From: Candidatus Aegiribacteria sp.
GTDB lineage: Bacteria; Fermentibacterota; Fermentibacteria; Fermentibacterales; JCC-6
Assembly (NCBI GenBank): GCA_030594645.1
Contig: JAUVEU010000001.1
Coordinates: forward strand, 81,405-145,404
Length of the DNA stretch: 64,000 nt
Reading direction: 5' to 3'
Positions 45,332 through 55,815 of the stretch are shown piece by piece (within the stretch, counting starts at the first letter, position 1; every line of letters begins with the position of its first letter). Position numbers and translations under genes: made by a program. The notes under the pieces are model-generated. The model did not search any database, had not been told where the DNA came from, and worked only from the letters and a program-made list of their open reading frames with translations.

Positions 45332-47158
45332 TTAGAACTGGTAATTAAGTCCGACAGCAGCCCTCCAGTAACTTTGTCTGTCATCCCTGGAATAGAAAGT
45401 CCTGGTTACGCGGAGGGACAGAATCCCATTATTCAGATTCATTCTCGTCCGAAGCCCGACATGGTGCATGTGCTCGATCAGCGAAGAATTACCGGAGGCT
45501 ATATAGTTCCTCCGAGAGTACTCCCATGCATAACTGGGAGTGAGCCCTATTTTTCCGCCGACATGAAAACCCATATTGAAGGTAATGGTATTGTTAATTA
45601 CCTCCTCGGATCTGCTGAAAACCGAGTTGTCAAAACTTCCCTGATCCTGGAATCTGAATGTGTTGGAAACACCCAGAGTAGTGCTGTCTTCTGCCACTCT
45701 CTGGAACGATGTTGTTGAAACAAGTCTTCTGAACAGCAGGTCTGATCCTGAAGTACCAATCTCCGGGAAAAGAAATGTTGTGTAATCAGCGCTGATCTTG
45801 ATTGATTCCTGCAGTGTCCAGTTACCCCCCGGAAAATACCTGAATCCGGGGTTGAAACTGTATGTGGATGAAATCTTGCTGTTCGCGGATTGCTCCGCCA
45901 TCAGATAAACAGTTTTTCTGCTCTGTCCCTGGATACTCGCATCCAAAGTTACTTTACTGCTGAGCGGGATTTCCGCGGAAAGTGAGAGAACTTCCCTCAA
46001 TTCATCGCGATCGTTGTTATCCCTGTATATATTCCCAAAGGTATCAGTCCATTCTCCGAATGTATCAAACCTGTTGAGCTGAATCAACCGCTCAAATGTA
46101 ATCCGGCTGTCCCCAGGAGTGTATTGAAGGTTGGAGGAAAAGACTCTGTCATCACTGATATCGTATATATCGTAAAGTATTGTATCCGGGGGAGCTGTAC
46201 GCTTTCTATCTTTGTGACTGATCGAACGCGAGAGAGACATGGTCAGTTGAAGATCATCAATTATCTGATATCGCAGGGAGGAGGAAATATTACGCCTTCG
46301 CTCCAGTCTGTCACGTACATCACCCTCTGAACTGGTGGAGTCAGGGTCATCCTCTTCCCAGAAACGATCCATGTAATCCCATCCGGTAGTAATCTCCATA
46401 CTCAGATACTCAAATGGCATTGGTACTACAAAAGAAAGATCACTGTACCAGTCATTCTGCCAGAGACTCTGGGCCGAATCATGATATGCGGTGGACTGCC
46501 TTGATGCTCCAGCCTGAGCGGTAAGATTGCCGCCGTTGAAAACGCTCGGAAATCCGTAACTCAGCCTGGCGGTAAGCTTATCCCTTCCCGTATCCGTCTG
46601 ATGCCCGCGTGTTCTTTGTTCTCCGAATGTAAGATTCCCGTTAAGAGTACTGAAAATGTTCTTGCTAAGGGAGATGTCGACACCGCTCACTCCTCCCTGA
46701 TCATGACCCGATATTGTGCTGTCTCCGGATGGATTTATGTAATCCACGAAATGGGCTCCAAGTTTCATATCAATCGACAGCCATGATGCCGGAGAATAAC
46801 GTATCTGACCGGAAGTAGTATTATTCAGTTGATCCCGAATCATTGTGCCATATCTCTCTTCAGTGCTGATGTTTCTGGAGAGATTTATTCCGAACTCCAA
46901 TCCGGGTCTGGGCTGAAAGGTAACACTCGCGGATCCGACGCGACCTTCTAGAAATCTATGGAGGTCCAGATTCTTCTGAGCTGAAAATGAAGCGCTGGCA
47001 TTCATTGTGATCCTGGATGTGAGCTGATGCACCAGTGATATTGAATTAATAAGTTTACTGCTTTCTTTGAATTGCTCAAGCTCGATGTCATATCCCACTG
47101 AAACAGCGTTGAGTACTGAAACAAACAGAATAAGCAGTAATACGACTGATTTCTTCAT
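45332..47158 (-). CDS. Large outer-membrane beta-barrel protein, hypothetical.
   Basis: 608 aa with a signal peptide, amphipathic beta-strands and a C-terminal GLNYQF. Confidence 0.55.
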   Translation of the reverse strand: MKKSVVLLLILFVSVLNAVSVGYDIELEQFKESSKLINSISLVHQLTSRITMNASASFSAQKNLDLHRFLEGRVGSASVTFQPRPGLEFGINLSRNISTEERYGTMIRDQLNNTTSGQIRYSPASWLSIDMKLGAHFVDYINPSGDSTISGHDQGGVSGVDISLSKNIFSTLNGNLTFGEQRTRGHQTDTGRDKLTARLSYGFPSVFNGGNLTAQAGASRQSTAYHDSAQSLWQNDWYSDLSFVVPMPFEYLSMEITTGWDYMDRFWEEDDPDSTSSEGDVRDRLERRRNISSSLRYQIIDDLQLTMSLSRSISHKDRKRTAPPDTILYDIYDISDDRVFSSNLQYTPGDSRITFERLIQLNRFDTFGEWTDTFGNIYRDNNDRDELREVLSLSAEIPLSSKVTLDASIQGQSRKTVYLMAEQSANSKISSTYSFNPGFRYFPGGNWTLQESIKISADYTTFLFPEIGTSGSDLLFRRLVSTTSFQRVAEDSTTLGVSNTFRFQDQGSFDNSVFSRSEEVINNTITFNMGFHVGGKIGLTPSYAWEYSRRNYIASGNSSLIEHMHHVGLRTRMNLNNGILSLRVTRTFYSRDDRQSYWRAAVGLNYQF

Positions 47159-47970
47159 TGCAGATTCTCCGCGAGTCTGATAAACATCTCGGGTTTTAGC
47201 TGCTCTGCCCTCAGGCCTGGATCGATTCCTGTTCTGGTCAGAATCTCCAATGACTGATCACGGCCTAAAACCGGCGTCAGATTGTTGAGAATGGTTTTCC
47301 TCCTGGAAGAAAAAGATATATTTACAATTCTTCTGAATTCACTGAACAGCTCGCGAGAAACCATCGGCTCGGATCGTTTCTCAAGAACCACAACCCTTGA
47401 ATAAACCGCAGGAGTCGGATAAAAATCCTCCGGGTCAGCATCAAGAAGTGTGCGTACAGTATAATACGGCCATATCTTCAAAGCCAGTTTTCCGTACTGC
47501 TTTCCCCCGTCTAACGTAGACAGCCTTATGGCAACTTCCCTTTGAAGCATCAGGACTGCTTTCTGTACCTGATCAAAGCCCTCTTCAAGCATTCTGAACA
47601 GTATTGGAGAAGATATCGAATAAGGAAGATTACCCGCAACTGTATGAAACGGAAATCCAGGCAAAGCTTCGGGATTCACAGTGAGAATATCACCTCTTGT
47701 CACTGAAAGGGCTTCATCTTTGAACCTTTTTCGGAGAACATCAACCATTTCAGGAGAAATTTCTACTGCGGAAAGAGATCCGCAGCGACCAAGCAGTTTT
47801 TCAGTAAGAGCACCTAAACCGGGACCGATTTCAAGAACGCTTCCGGCCGTTGAGACTTCCTCAGCGATCCTTGCAGCAATATAACCGTTAACAAGAAAGC
47901 TCTGCCCGAGTTTTCGATTCGGGGTAACTCCTGCTTTCTTCAGAAATTGACGCAACTCTGTGATAAACAT
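47155..47970 (-). CDS. rsmA: 16S rRNA (adenine1518/1519-N6)-dimethyltransferase.
   Basis: The KsgA motif LGQSFLV and the SAM-binding site VLEIGPGLGALT are present. The start is called at ATG 47970, which overlaps the upstream TAA (TAATG). The longer ORF to 48114 overlaps the upstream gene. Confidence 0.88.
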   Translation of the reverse strand: MFITELRQFLKKAGVTPNRKLGQSFLVNGYIAARIAEEVSTAGSVLEIGPGLGALTEKLLGRCGSLSAVEISPEMVDVLRKRFKDEALSVTRGDILTVNPEALPGFPFHTVAGNLPYSISSPILFRMLEEGFDQVQKAVLMLQREVAIRLSTLDGGKQYGKLALKIWPYYTVRTLLDADPEDFYPTPAVYSRVVVLEKRSEPMVSRELFSEFRRIVNISFSSRRKTILNNLTPVLGRDQSLEILTRTGIDPGLRAEQLKPEMFIRLAENLQ

Positions 47971-49217
47971 TATCCTCTGATCCTCAGTGGAAGGTTTATC
48001 TTCAAAGCGTAAGCAGCAACTGATTTCATATCTGCTCCGGGATAGCGAACAGCTGTAAGCCTGGTTCTGCATACTTTCCTTGAAAGCTGAATGAATTTCT
48101 GCAGATTGTCCCACGCTGAATCATTTTCCGGGACGCATACAGCATTGTATTCTTCCATATCAGAAGCGTTGAGACTTATACTGACATCATCGAAAGGTTC
48201 GAGAAGCCCGAGGGTTTCTTCAGGAGACAATCTCTCCAGACATAGACCGTTTGTATTGAGCCGAACAGAGAAACCTTTTTCCGCAACTGTTTTCGCGAGA
48301 GCTTGCAGAAGCTCCGGCCTCATGGTTGGCTCACCGTATCCGCAGAAAACGATTTCTTCAGCCCATTCCGGCTGAAGCGCACCGACAATGTCCTTGAGTG
48401 CCTTGAAAGAAGGCTCTTCGTGGTGCTTCAGATAATACCCGCCTATACCGTCGGTCCTGTCTTTAACACAGAAAAGGCAATGATTAGTGCATCTGCCTGT
48501 AATATTCATGTATATCCTGTTATAGAGCATGTATACAAGATCCGTTCTGGCCACAGGCGCGAGTTGAAAAGCACGAAGCGAATTATCAAGAAGTATCTTC
48601 GAAGCAGAAAGCATATCCATATTCCACAAATCTGCAAGGACACCGGCCGTGTGTATAACATAGGAAGGTTCATTTCTTTTTCCACGAACTGGCTCAGGTG
48701 TCAGGTAAGGGGCATCTGTTTCAACAAGAACCTGTTCTTTCGGCAACAAACCTGCCAATTTCCTGAGTCTGTCATTCCGCCTGTATGTGAGCGGCCCTGC
48801 GAACCCTATGAAGAACCCTCTATCAGCTGCCTCCTGAGCAACCTTATCAGGTCCGGTATAGCAATGCATAATTACCGGTACTTCGGGATTCTCGCCCAGA
48901 ACATCCAGGACAGTTTCTTCTGCATCTCTTGAATGCACTATCAGTGTCAATCCGAAAATCTCCGCCAGATGAATATGTTTCTCGAAAAGCTCAATCTGGA
49001 GCGAAGCGGAAACCCTCTTATGAAAAAAGTCCAGTCCTGTTTCTCCCACAGCGATAACTCCGGGGTATAGTACTGTCCTTGCGATGTCAGTGAGCATATC
49101 AGCAGAGTTGATATCTGCTTCATTCGGATGGATTCCGGCAGCTGCGAATACCCCCTGATACTTCCCGGATAATTGTGCAGCCTTCCGACTGCTTTCCGGT
49201 GTTATTCCCGGAACCAT
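47970..49217 (-). CDS. TatD-family hydrolase fused to a TatD-associated radical SAM domain. The true start lies upstream of the first ATG, and the coding region likely extends to about 49313-49328.
   Basis: The N-terminal part has the TatD fold (GIHPNEAD, ETGLDF, HSRDA, MHCYTG). The C-terminal part has a radical SAM motif (CTNHCLFC) resembling the tatD-linked rSAM family. The in-frame upstream sequence encodes the TatD N-terminal motif GFFDTHCHL with no ATG, GTG or TTG start. Confidence 0.75.
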   Translation of the reverse strand: MVPGITPESSRKAAQLSGKYQGVFAAAGIHPNEADINSADMLTDIARTVLYPGVIAVGETGLDFFHKRVSASLQIELFEKHIHLAEIFGLTLIVHSRDAEETVLDVLGENPEVPVIMHCYTGPDKVAQEAADRGFFIGFAGPLTYRRNDRLRKLAGLLPKEQVLVETDAPYLTPEPVRGKRNEPSYVIHTAGVLADLWNMDMLSASKILLDNSLRAFQLAPVARTDLVYMLYNRIYMNITGRCTNHCLFCVKDRTDGIGGYYLKHHEEPSFKALKDIVGALQPEWAEEIVFCGYGEPTMRPELLQALAKTVAEKGFSVRLNTNGLCLERLSPEETLGLLEPFDDVSISLNASDMEEYNAVCVPENDSAWDNLQKFIQLSRKVCRTRLTAVRYPGADMKSVAAYALKINLPLRIRG

Positions 49218-49315
49218 TATCCTGGTAACGTTGAACTTGTCCGCATTTGAAAGAACACGCTCAAGATCATCATCATATCGCTCATCACAGAGATGACAGT
49301 GTGTATCGAAAAAAC

Positions 49316-50590
49316 CTACATTCTCCAGATCAGATCCTCCCTGGCAGGTCCTGTGGAAATTGCTTTGATGGGTACTCCGATAAGCTTCTCAATGAACAGT
49401 ACATACTGTTTCGCATTTTCAGGCAGAGTTTCCCAGTCCCGTTCTCCGGAAATGTTTTCTTCCCAGCCGGGCAGAGTCTCGTATACAGGGGTATGATTCC
49501 CCAGTCTTGCCCCTGTTTCGAACAGTGTGAGATCTGTTTCAGGGTCAAGTACGTACTTCTTGCAGACTTTCAGTTCCGGTATACCGCTCAGCACATCCAG
49601 AAGCGTTAGAGCAGTCCAGGTGCATCCATTTATCCTGGCCGTGTAATTCGTCAGAACGGCATCAAACCACCCGCATCTTCTGGGTCTTCCTGTAGTTGCG
49701 CCATATTCGTTTCCCTGCTCTCTGATTTGTTCGCCGAGCGCGCAGGTAAGCTCAGTGGGAAACGGTCCGTTCCCTACCCTGGTGGAATAGGCTTTCATGA
49801 CTCCGACAACTTCATCAATCCTTACCGGTCCTATCCCGAGACTGGTGCATGCCGCTCCCGCTACACACGAACCGCATGTAACAAAGGGATATGTGCCATG
49901 ATCAGGATCAAGAAGAGTTCCCTGTGCTCCTTCAGCGATAACGGAACCATCATTGTCCAGTATTCTTGCCAGAAGAAGAGATACATCCTCAGCATATTCA
50001 ACAAGTTTCAGAGATATACTGTTGAAAATTTCCACTTCACTGTTGAGAGATCTTATCTCATCTTCAGATAGATCAAGTGTTTTCAGGCAATCTTCGGTTA
50101 TCAGCGCGGATTTCTCCAGGAATATGTCCGGCATCGCAGCATCCTCCAGCCGGATACCTTTCCGCATGAATTTCCGGACATATGTCGGGCCGATTCCTCT
50201 ATATGTAGTTCCTATTGCTGAAACGCCTCTTTCACCTTCATTTTTTTTCTCGAAGTACTTGCCAGCAGGATGTACAAGATGCACTTTTCCGGAAATAGAA
50301 AACCTGTCCGAGATCGAGATTCCGTTTGTTTCCAGTGTCTTGATTTCATCCATCAGGGCTGCAGGGTCCAACACACATCCGGCGCCAATGATTCCAAGGG
50401 GATCAGGGTGAATCAGTCCGCTCGGAAGCTGGTGGAGAGCAATCCTGCGCCCTCCTGTTTCAACGGTATGCCCCGCGTTCGCACCCCCTGAAAACCTCGC
50501 CACTGCATCAGCGGTTCCAGAAAGGTGATCAACCATTTTTCCCTTGCCTTCATCTCCCCATTGCAACCCTGTTAATATGGTCGCCGGCAT
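49316..50590 (-). CDS. purA: Adenylosuccinate synthetase.
   Basis: The protein starts QWGDEGKGK and has the GGANAGHTV P-loop. 424 aa. Confidence 0.92.
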   Translation of the reverse strand: MPATILTGLQWGDEGKGKMVDHLSGTADAVARFSGGANAGHTVETGGRRIALHQLPSGLIHPDPLGIIGAGCVLDPAALMDEIKTLETNGISISDRFSISGKVHLVHPAGKYFEKKNEGERGVSAIGTTYRGIGPTYVRKFMRKGIRLEDAAMPDIFLEKSALITEDCLKTLDLSEDEIRSLNSEVEIFNSISLKLVEYAEDVSLLLARILDNDGSVIAEGAQGTLLDPDHGTYPFVTCGSCVAGAACTSLGIGPVRIDEVVGVMKAYSTRVGNGPFPTELTCALGEQIREQGNEYGATTGRPRRCGWFDAVLTNYTARINGCTWTALTLLDVLSGIPELKVCKKYVLDPETDLTLFETGARLGNHTPVYETLPGWEENISGERDWETLPENAKQYVLFIEKLIGVPIKAISTGPAREDLIWRM

Positions 50591-50600
50591 GATAATCCTT

Positions 50601-51170
50601 TCATTTTGAGACAGCCTGGAAAAGCCATTTTTTCAATTCCTTTATCCCTGATCCCGTAATTGATGACACTGGAATTACAGGCCCCATATCCTGAGCTTTT
50701 CTGACCGCTGAAGCAAGTTTCCCCTTTTTCAGTTTATCCGATTTAGTAAGCGCAATTACATATGGTCTCCCCCGGTTCTTCAGGAACTCAACCATTTCCA
50801 TATCAATAGGGAGACACGGATGTCTTGCGTCAACCAGCAGCACAACTCCCCGTAGAGGCAATCTTTCCATCAGATAGGTCATGATCCAGCCGGCCCACTC
50901 TGCGCGATTCTTTGATGGTGCCCGAGCATATCCGTATCCGGGAAGATCTACAATGTAGTAACTGCCGGAAACCGAGTAAAGATTGAGAAACTGTGTGCAG
51001 CCCGGTCTGGAACTTGTCCGGGCTACGGCTGTGCCCCCGTTCAATCTGTTAAGAAGTGATGATTTACCCACATTGGATCGACCGGCAAAAGATACTTCAG
51101 GCAGCCCGTCTTGGGGTAGACTCCCGGAACCGGGACAACTTCGAAGAAATTTAACATTCATTAAAGACAT
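50601..51170 (-). CDS. engB: Ribosome biogenesis GTPase YsxC/EngB.
   Basis: The G1 motif GRSNVGKSS and a DLPGYG motif are present. 189 aa. Confidence 0.85.
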   Translation of the reverse strand: MSLMNVKFLRSCPGSGSLPQDGLPEVSFAGRSNVGKSSLLNRLNGGTAVARTSSRPGCTQFLNLYSVSGSYYIVDLPGYGYARAPSKNRAEWAGWIMTYLMERLPLRGVVLLVDARHPCLPIDMEMVEFLKNRGRPYVIALTKSDKLKKGKLASAVRKAQDMGPVIPVSSITGSGIKELKKWLFQAVSK

Positions 51171-51187
51171 TACTTAATAAAGTCGTT

Positions 51188-52450
51188 TCAGCCGGCTTTT
51201 CCGGTTTCCTTCTTTTTCCGGGATCTGACAATCCTCGGTTCTGATTCCCCTCTGATCACAGCAGGAGAAACCACGAGTTTGCTCACATCATCAAGATCAG
51301 GCAGATAGTACATCGGTTCCAGAAGTACATTCTCGATTACGGAACGTAATCCCCTGGCTCCGGTGCCAATCTTTTTCGCTGTCTGCGCAACTTCTTTGAG
51401 GGCACTTTTTGTAAACTCAAGTTTTACATTCTCGAGTTCAAAAAGGTATTCGTACTGCCGTACAAGGGCATTCCTGGGCTTTGTAAGAACGTTGACAAGA
51501 TCATCAATATCCAGATCATCAAGTGCCACATGAACGGGCAGTCTGCCGACAAGTTCGGGAACCAGGCCATATCTGACCAGATCATGCGGTTGAACGTTAG
51601 TCATAATATTGGTGTCACTGTCAACAACTGTGTTGATAGATGCACTGAATCCCATTGAGCTTTTTTTAAGACGTTTCTCTATGATCTTTTCCAGATCATT
51701 GAATGCGCCACCACAGATGAAGAGGATATCGCTGGTATCTACGAGAATATTATCCTGATAAGGGTGTTTCCTGCCACCCTGAGGAGGTACGCTTGCAACA
51801 GTTCCTTCAATGATCTTCAGAAGAGCCTGCTGTACTCCCTCACCGGACACATCCCTTGTAATAGATGGATTCTCAGACTTTCTCGAAATTTTATCAAGTT
51901 CGTCTATATAGATGATACCCTGTTGCGCGGCAAGAACATCCATGTCAGTAACCTGAAGCAGTCTGAGCAGGATGTTCTCGACATCCTCTCCGACATACCC
52001 CGCTTCTGTAAGTGTGGTAGCATCCGCTATTGCAAAAGGAACATCCAGTATTCGAGCCAGAGTCTGCGCCAGAAGCGTCTTTCCGACGCCTGTGGGCCCC
52101 ATCAGGAGAATATTGCTTTTCTCGAGTTCAACATCCCCGGAATTGTTTCTGGATCGCAATCTTTTGTAATGGTTGTAAACGGCAACCGAAAGAACCTTTT
52201 TGGCCTGCTCCTGACCGACCACATATTCATCCAGCTGCGCCTTTATCTCGGAAGGAACAGGCAGGATCTCCTTTACGAGTTCCGGAACCTCGGGCTTGAT
52301 GTCCTTTTCAATCTCAACCAGTTCGTTGCAGTACCTTATACACTCATCGCAGATATGAACACCGGGGCCCTGTATCAGCTGCTTGACCTCAGCAATTGAT
52401 CTTCCACAGAATGAACACTTTTTTTCCTTACCCATAATATTTCCCATCAA
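51188..52450 (-). CDS. clpX: ATP-dependent Clp protease ATP-binding subunit ClpX.
   Basis: It has an N-terminal C4 zinc finger (CSFCGR...CDEC), Walker A (GPTGVGKT) and AAA+ motifs. Confidence 0.92.
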   Translation of the reverse strand: MMGNIMGKEKKCSFCGRSIAEVKQLIQGPGVHICDECIRYCNELVEIEKDIKPEVPELVKEILPVPSEIKAQLDEYVVGQEQAKKVLSVAVYNHYKRLRSRNNSGDVELEKSNILLMGPTGVGKTLLAQTLARILDVPFAIADATTLTEAGYVGEDVENILLRLLQVTDMDVLAAQQGIIYIDELDKISRKSENPSITRDVSGEGVQQALLKIIEGTVASVPPQGGRKHPYQDNILVDTSDILFICGGAFNDLEKIIEKRLKKSSMGFSASINTVVDSDTNIMTNVQPHDLVRYGLVPELVGRLPVHVALDDLDIDDLVNVLTKPRNALVRQYEYLFELENVKLEFTKSALKEVAQTAKKIGTGARGLRSVIENVLLEPMYYLPDLDDVSKLVVSPAVIRGESEPRIVRSRKKKETGKAG

Positions 52451-53034
52451 GTCCTGGATAAAAGCATGTTGTCGACTATACCGTAATCAACCGCTTCCTG
52501 TGCGCCCATCCAGAAGTTCCTGTCAGTATCCGTGGTTATTCTTTCGAGCGACTGCCCTGTATGCTCAGCAAGAATAACATTCAGTGTTTCCTTCAGTTTA
52601 GTAATCTCCCTCGCCTGTATCTCTATATCTGTGGCCTGCCCCTGGGCTCCCCCCATTGGCTGATGAATCATCACTCTGGCATGAGGAAGAATGTTCCGTT
52701 TGCCCTTCGCGCCTGCAGCCAGAAGGACTGCTGCCATACTTGCGGCAGTACCCATACAGAATGTAGCTATCGGTGGTTTAATGAACTGCATTGTATCGTA
52801 AATAGCAAGCCCTGATGAAACCATGCCTCCAGGGCTGCTGATATACATGTTGATGTCCTTTTTGGAATCCTCTCCTTCAAGAAACAACAACTGGGCAACA
52901 ATCAGGCTTGCGGTCTGACCGGTCATGGTATCACCTACAAATATGATCCGCTCCTTCAGAAGGCGTGAATAAATGTCGTAGGATCTTTCCCTGTTTCCTT
53001 CTCGCTCTACAACAAACGGTATGATAGATGGCAT
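52447..53034 (-). CDS. clpP: ATP-dependent Clp protease proteolytic subunit.
   Basis: The catalytic Ser region GTAASMAA, the His region HQPMGG and the ClpP fold are present. Confidence 0.92.
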   Translation of the reverse strand: MPSIIPFVVEREGNRERSYDIYSRLLKERIIFVGDTMTGQTASLIVAQLLFLEGEDSKKDINMYISSPGGMVSSGLAIYDTMQFIKPPIATFCMGTAASMAAVLLAAGAKGKRNILPHARVMIHQPMGGAQGQATDIEIQAREITKLKETLNVILAEHTGQSLERITTDTDRNFWMGAQEAVDYGIVDNMLLSRT

Positions 53035-54311
53035 CAGGATTGCTCCTCTTCCTTGGATATTTCCTTATCCGGTTCTGCTCCGTTATCCTCAACACCTATC
53101 CAGTGCCAGGATGACTCCGGTTCCTCCACGGAAGTATCCTTGTCTTTTCCCTTTCGGGGGTCTTTTTCGATGATATCTGCACGATCAAGGATAAGTTCCA
53201 CAGCTTTTCTGTTTCTGAGTCTGTCCAGAACGGATGCAGCCGATTCCTCAGGATTCTTTTCAGTATCAATATCCTCTTCAGTGATTTCGATATTTTCCTT
53301 CAAAGCAACGGCTCTGAGTACAAGGAATTCCCGAACCTTCTTCAGAGCAAGTTCTTTTGTCGCTTCTCTGGTTTCCTGGCCGGGTTCTTCTTCCCCAAGC
53401 CTTTCAAGGTAGTCCTGTGTCAGATTATCTACCATATACACAGGCGGGTCGAACGGGTTGCTTTCCAGAAGACTGTCGATGGCTTCTCTTTCTTTAAGAA
53501 ATATTATTTCCTGATCGTAGCGATTTCTGACGCTTTCCTCAACTTTTTTTCGGAGATCTTCCAAACTGTCAACGTCGGCTGCTTTCTTTGCAAATTCATC
53601 GTTAAGCTCGGGAAGAACAGGGTGTCTGATGTCCGTTATCCTGAACTTATGAACAGGATGAAGGTTATCCCCTGTATCATTATCCATCCTGGCCAGGAAC
53701 TGTGTACCGACTGCAGTTCCCAGAACCAGTTCATCAAAACCGGTACCAATCTGCGACTCTCCGATTCTTACACTGAACTTCTGCGGTTCTCCCGAATCCC
53801 CGTCCGGTACAGCTTCAAGCAGCACAAGGTCACCTTCTTCAGATGGTCTGTCAACTGTTTCAAAGCTGACCATTTTATCACGGAATGAATCTATCGTATT
53901 TTCTACTGCGGTTTCAATATCAAGTGAAGGCAGCTCTATTTTAACACCATCGATGCCTGAGGGTTCAGGGGTTTCATAGAGTGAAAAGGTCATTTCGAAA
54001 GAGTACGCTTTCTCCTCCGAAGGAAGCTCAATCTTTCCATCAGGATCGTTATCATCAAGTATCCAGTCTTCTTTTTCAAGCATTTCCGAAGTGAGTTCCC
54101 GCCTGACGATATCAGCGACTTCCGCCTTTATTATATTTCCATACTGCTTTTCAATAATAGACCGTGGAATCTTACCTGGTCTGAACCCCGGTATTTCAAG
54201 ATTTTTTGTAATCTGCTTGCGAATATCACGGAAATGAGATGATATTCTGTCTGATGATTCCGTAAAACATACGATTCTTCTGTTCTCTTCTGACTTCACA
54301 ATGTCATACAT
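53034..54311 (-). CDS. tig: Trigger factor.
   Basis: A ribosome-binding N-domain (GFRPGKIP), a PPIase region and a C-domain are present. The start is called at ATG 54311 with an AAGGAAAG Shine-Dalgarno site. The longer ORF to 54362 overlaps tRNA-Leu. Confidence 0.88.
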   Translation of the reverse strand: MYDIVKSEENRRIVCFTESSDRISSHFRDIRKQITKNLEIPGFRPGKIPRSIIEKQYGNIIKAEVADIVRRELTSEMLEKEDWILDDNDPDGKIELPSEEKAYSFEMTFSLYETPEPSGIDGVKIELPSLDIETAVENTIDSFRDKMVSFETVDRPSEEGDLVLLEAVPDGDSGEPQKFSVRIGESQIGTGFDELVLGTAVGTQFLARMDNDTGDNLHPVHKFRITDIRHPVLPELNDEFAKKAADVDSLEDLRKKVEESVRNRYDQEIIFLKEREAIDSLLESNPFDPPVYMVDNLTQDYLERLGEEEPGQETREATKELALKKVREFLVLRAVALKENIEITEEDIDTEKNPEESAASVLDRLRNRKAVELILDRADIIEKDPRKGKDKDTSVEEPESSWHWIGVEDNGAEPDKEISKEEEQS

Positions 54312-54332
54312 CAGTTGTTCTTTCCTTTGAAG

Positions 54333-54419
54333 TGGTGCGAGAGGGGGGACTTGAACCCCCACAAGCCCAGCTTACCAGATCCTAAATCTGGCGCGTCTGC
54401 CAATTCCGCCACTCTCGCA
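54333..54419 (-). tRNA. tRNA-Leu (anticodon TAG), encoded CCA, long variable arm.
   Basis: The reverse complement folds as GCGAGAG acceptor / GGCGG..AGACGCGCC D-arm / CCAGA-UUUAGGA-UCUGG anticodon arm (UAG) / long variable arm / GGGGG-UUCAAGU-CCCCC T-arm / CUCUCGC-A-CCA. Confidence 0.85.
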
Positions 54420-54547
54420 ATCAATGATCAGTAAATGTGCAACCGCCAAATATGCACGGATAAAACATTTCCGTCAAAGATCATAATCCCGGAAGCAGGA
54501 ATCGTCTTTATCGCGATCCTGGAGGGGAACATACAATCAGTTTATCG

Positions 54548-55234
54548 TTAATCCTGTTCAGGGCGGTACTGCTCCCTTACAAGAGCAGCCTCATCACTCT
54601 CAGGATATCTGTTGAGCAGAAGATCAAAGAGACGGTCTCTCTCGAAAGGAGCGCTGTGAGAACCGTAGATATCAGCTGCCCTGAATATTGCTCCTGCAGC
54701 CCATTCGGAACCTGGATACATGTAATACAGGGCTACCAGATCCTCTATGGCACGATGCGATTGTCCTGTTGACTCCCAGCAGATAGCCATGTAATACAAA
54801 GCGTCATCAGCAAGAGAAGAGGTCGGGTATTTCTCATGAAGTTCCATGAATCCACGTGCTGATATCTCGAAACTCCCCTGTTGGAACTGCCTGTAAGCCT
54901 CTTCGTAGAGAAGTCTGGCGTCGGGTCCGGAGACAGGATCCAGTTCAGTGATTCCACCCGTACTGCCAAGCCTGGTCAATGCAAGAGCAAGTTCGTCAGC
55001 AATAGCGGTAAGCCTCTCGATCTCAGAGGAAGTCCGGGAGCCTGACTGAGCCTGAAGCCCTCTCAGAAGATTCTCATTCTCTTTCATGGCCTGGGTCAGA
55101 GAATCGATTTCAACCCGCATCTCCGACTGCCCGGTTTCAATGTCAACGATTTCCTCCGGAGTATGAACCCAGAAACCAAGACATCCGGTGAATGTAAGTG
55201 ACAGAAAAACCGCAGTAATAATTCCTCGAATCAT
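54548..55234 (-). CDS. ybgF: Tol-Pal system protein YbgF/CpoB-like (coiled coil plus TPR).
   Basis: It has a signal/lipobox N-terminus, a coiled coil and TPR-like repeats. It lies directly downstream of pal. Confidence 0.6.
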   Translation of the reverse strand: MIRGIITAVFLSLTFTGCLGFWVHTPEEIVDIETGQSEMRVEIDSLTQAMKENENLLRGLQAQSGSRTSSEIERLTAIADELALALTRLGSTGGITELDPVSGPDARLLYEEAYRQFQQGSFEISARGFMELHEKYPTSSLADDALYYMAICWESTGQSHRAIEDLVALYYMYPGSEWAAGAIFRAADIYGSHSAPFERDRLFDLLLNRYPESDEAALVREQYRPEQD

Positions 55235-55235
55235 A

Positions 55236-55778
55236 TCAGTTTCCTGGAAGAACTCTGAAGTGAGCTCTCCTGTTCAAAGCCCAGGCCTGTTCGGTATGAG
55301 CTGGATCAAAGGGGCGTTCCTTGCCGTAACTGACAAACTGAAGTCGGGTGGAAGCTACGCCGTAGTTAACAAGATAGTTATAAACAGAAAGAGCTCTGTT
55401 CTCTCCAAGAGCAAGGTTGTAATCAATAGTGCCTCTTTCGTCACAGTGACCCTCGATAAGGATTCTGAATCCTGGTGTTTCCAGCATATAGGACGAGTTC
55501 TGCATCAGTATGTCAAGAACTTCAGGTGACAATTCGTCACTGTCGTAGCTGAAAAATACATCGTTCAGATTTTCCTGGTGAACGAGAAGCAGTTCCATAC
55601 CGGACAGCAGCGTATCTGTTTCCCATACTCCCGTAAGAGTATCCGCGAATTCTTCTATAAAAACAGTGGTTGTATCATCTCCGTCCGGAATAGTGTCATC
55701 CGGTCTGCAGCCCGAGATGGACATTGCAAGCACAAGCATAAAGGATACGGCAAGCGCCGTTGTCAATCGAACTCTCAT
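55236..55778 (-). CDS. pal: Peptidoglycan-associated lipoprotein (OmpA-family C-domain).
   Basis: The OmpA-like domain reads EGHCDERGTIDYNLALGENRA, with a lipobox (AMSISGC). The start is called at ATG 55778 with an AAGGAAGGA Shine-Dalgarno site after the tolB stop. Confidence 0.85.
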   Translation of the reverse strand: MRVRLTTALAVSFMLVLAMSISGCRPDDTIPDGDDTTTVFIEEFADTLTGVWETDTLLSGMELLLVHQENLNDVFFSYDSDELSPEVLDILMQNSSYMLETPGFRILIEGHCDERGTIDYNLALGENRALSVYNYLVNYGVASTRLQFVSYGKERPFDPAHTEQAWALNRRAHFRVLPGN

Positions 55779-55815
55779 TATAATCATCCTTCCTTTCATG
55801 GGAGTAATGATCGAA

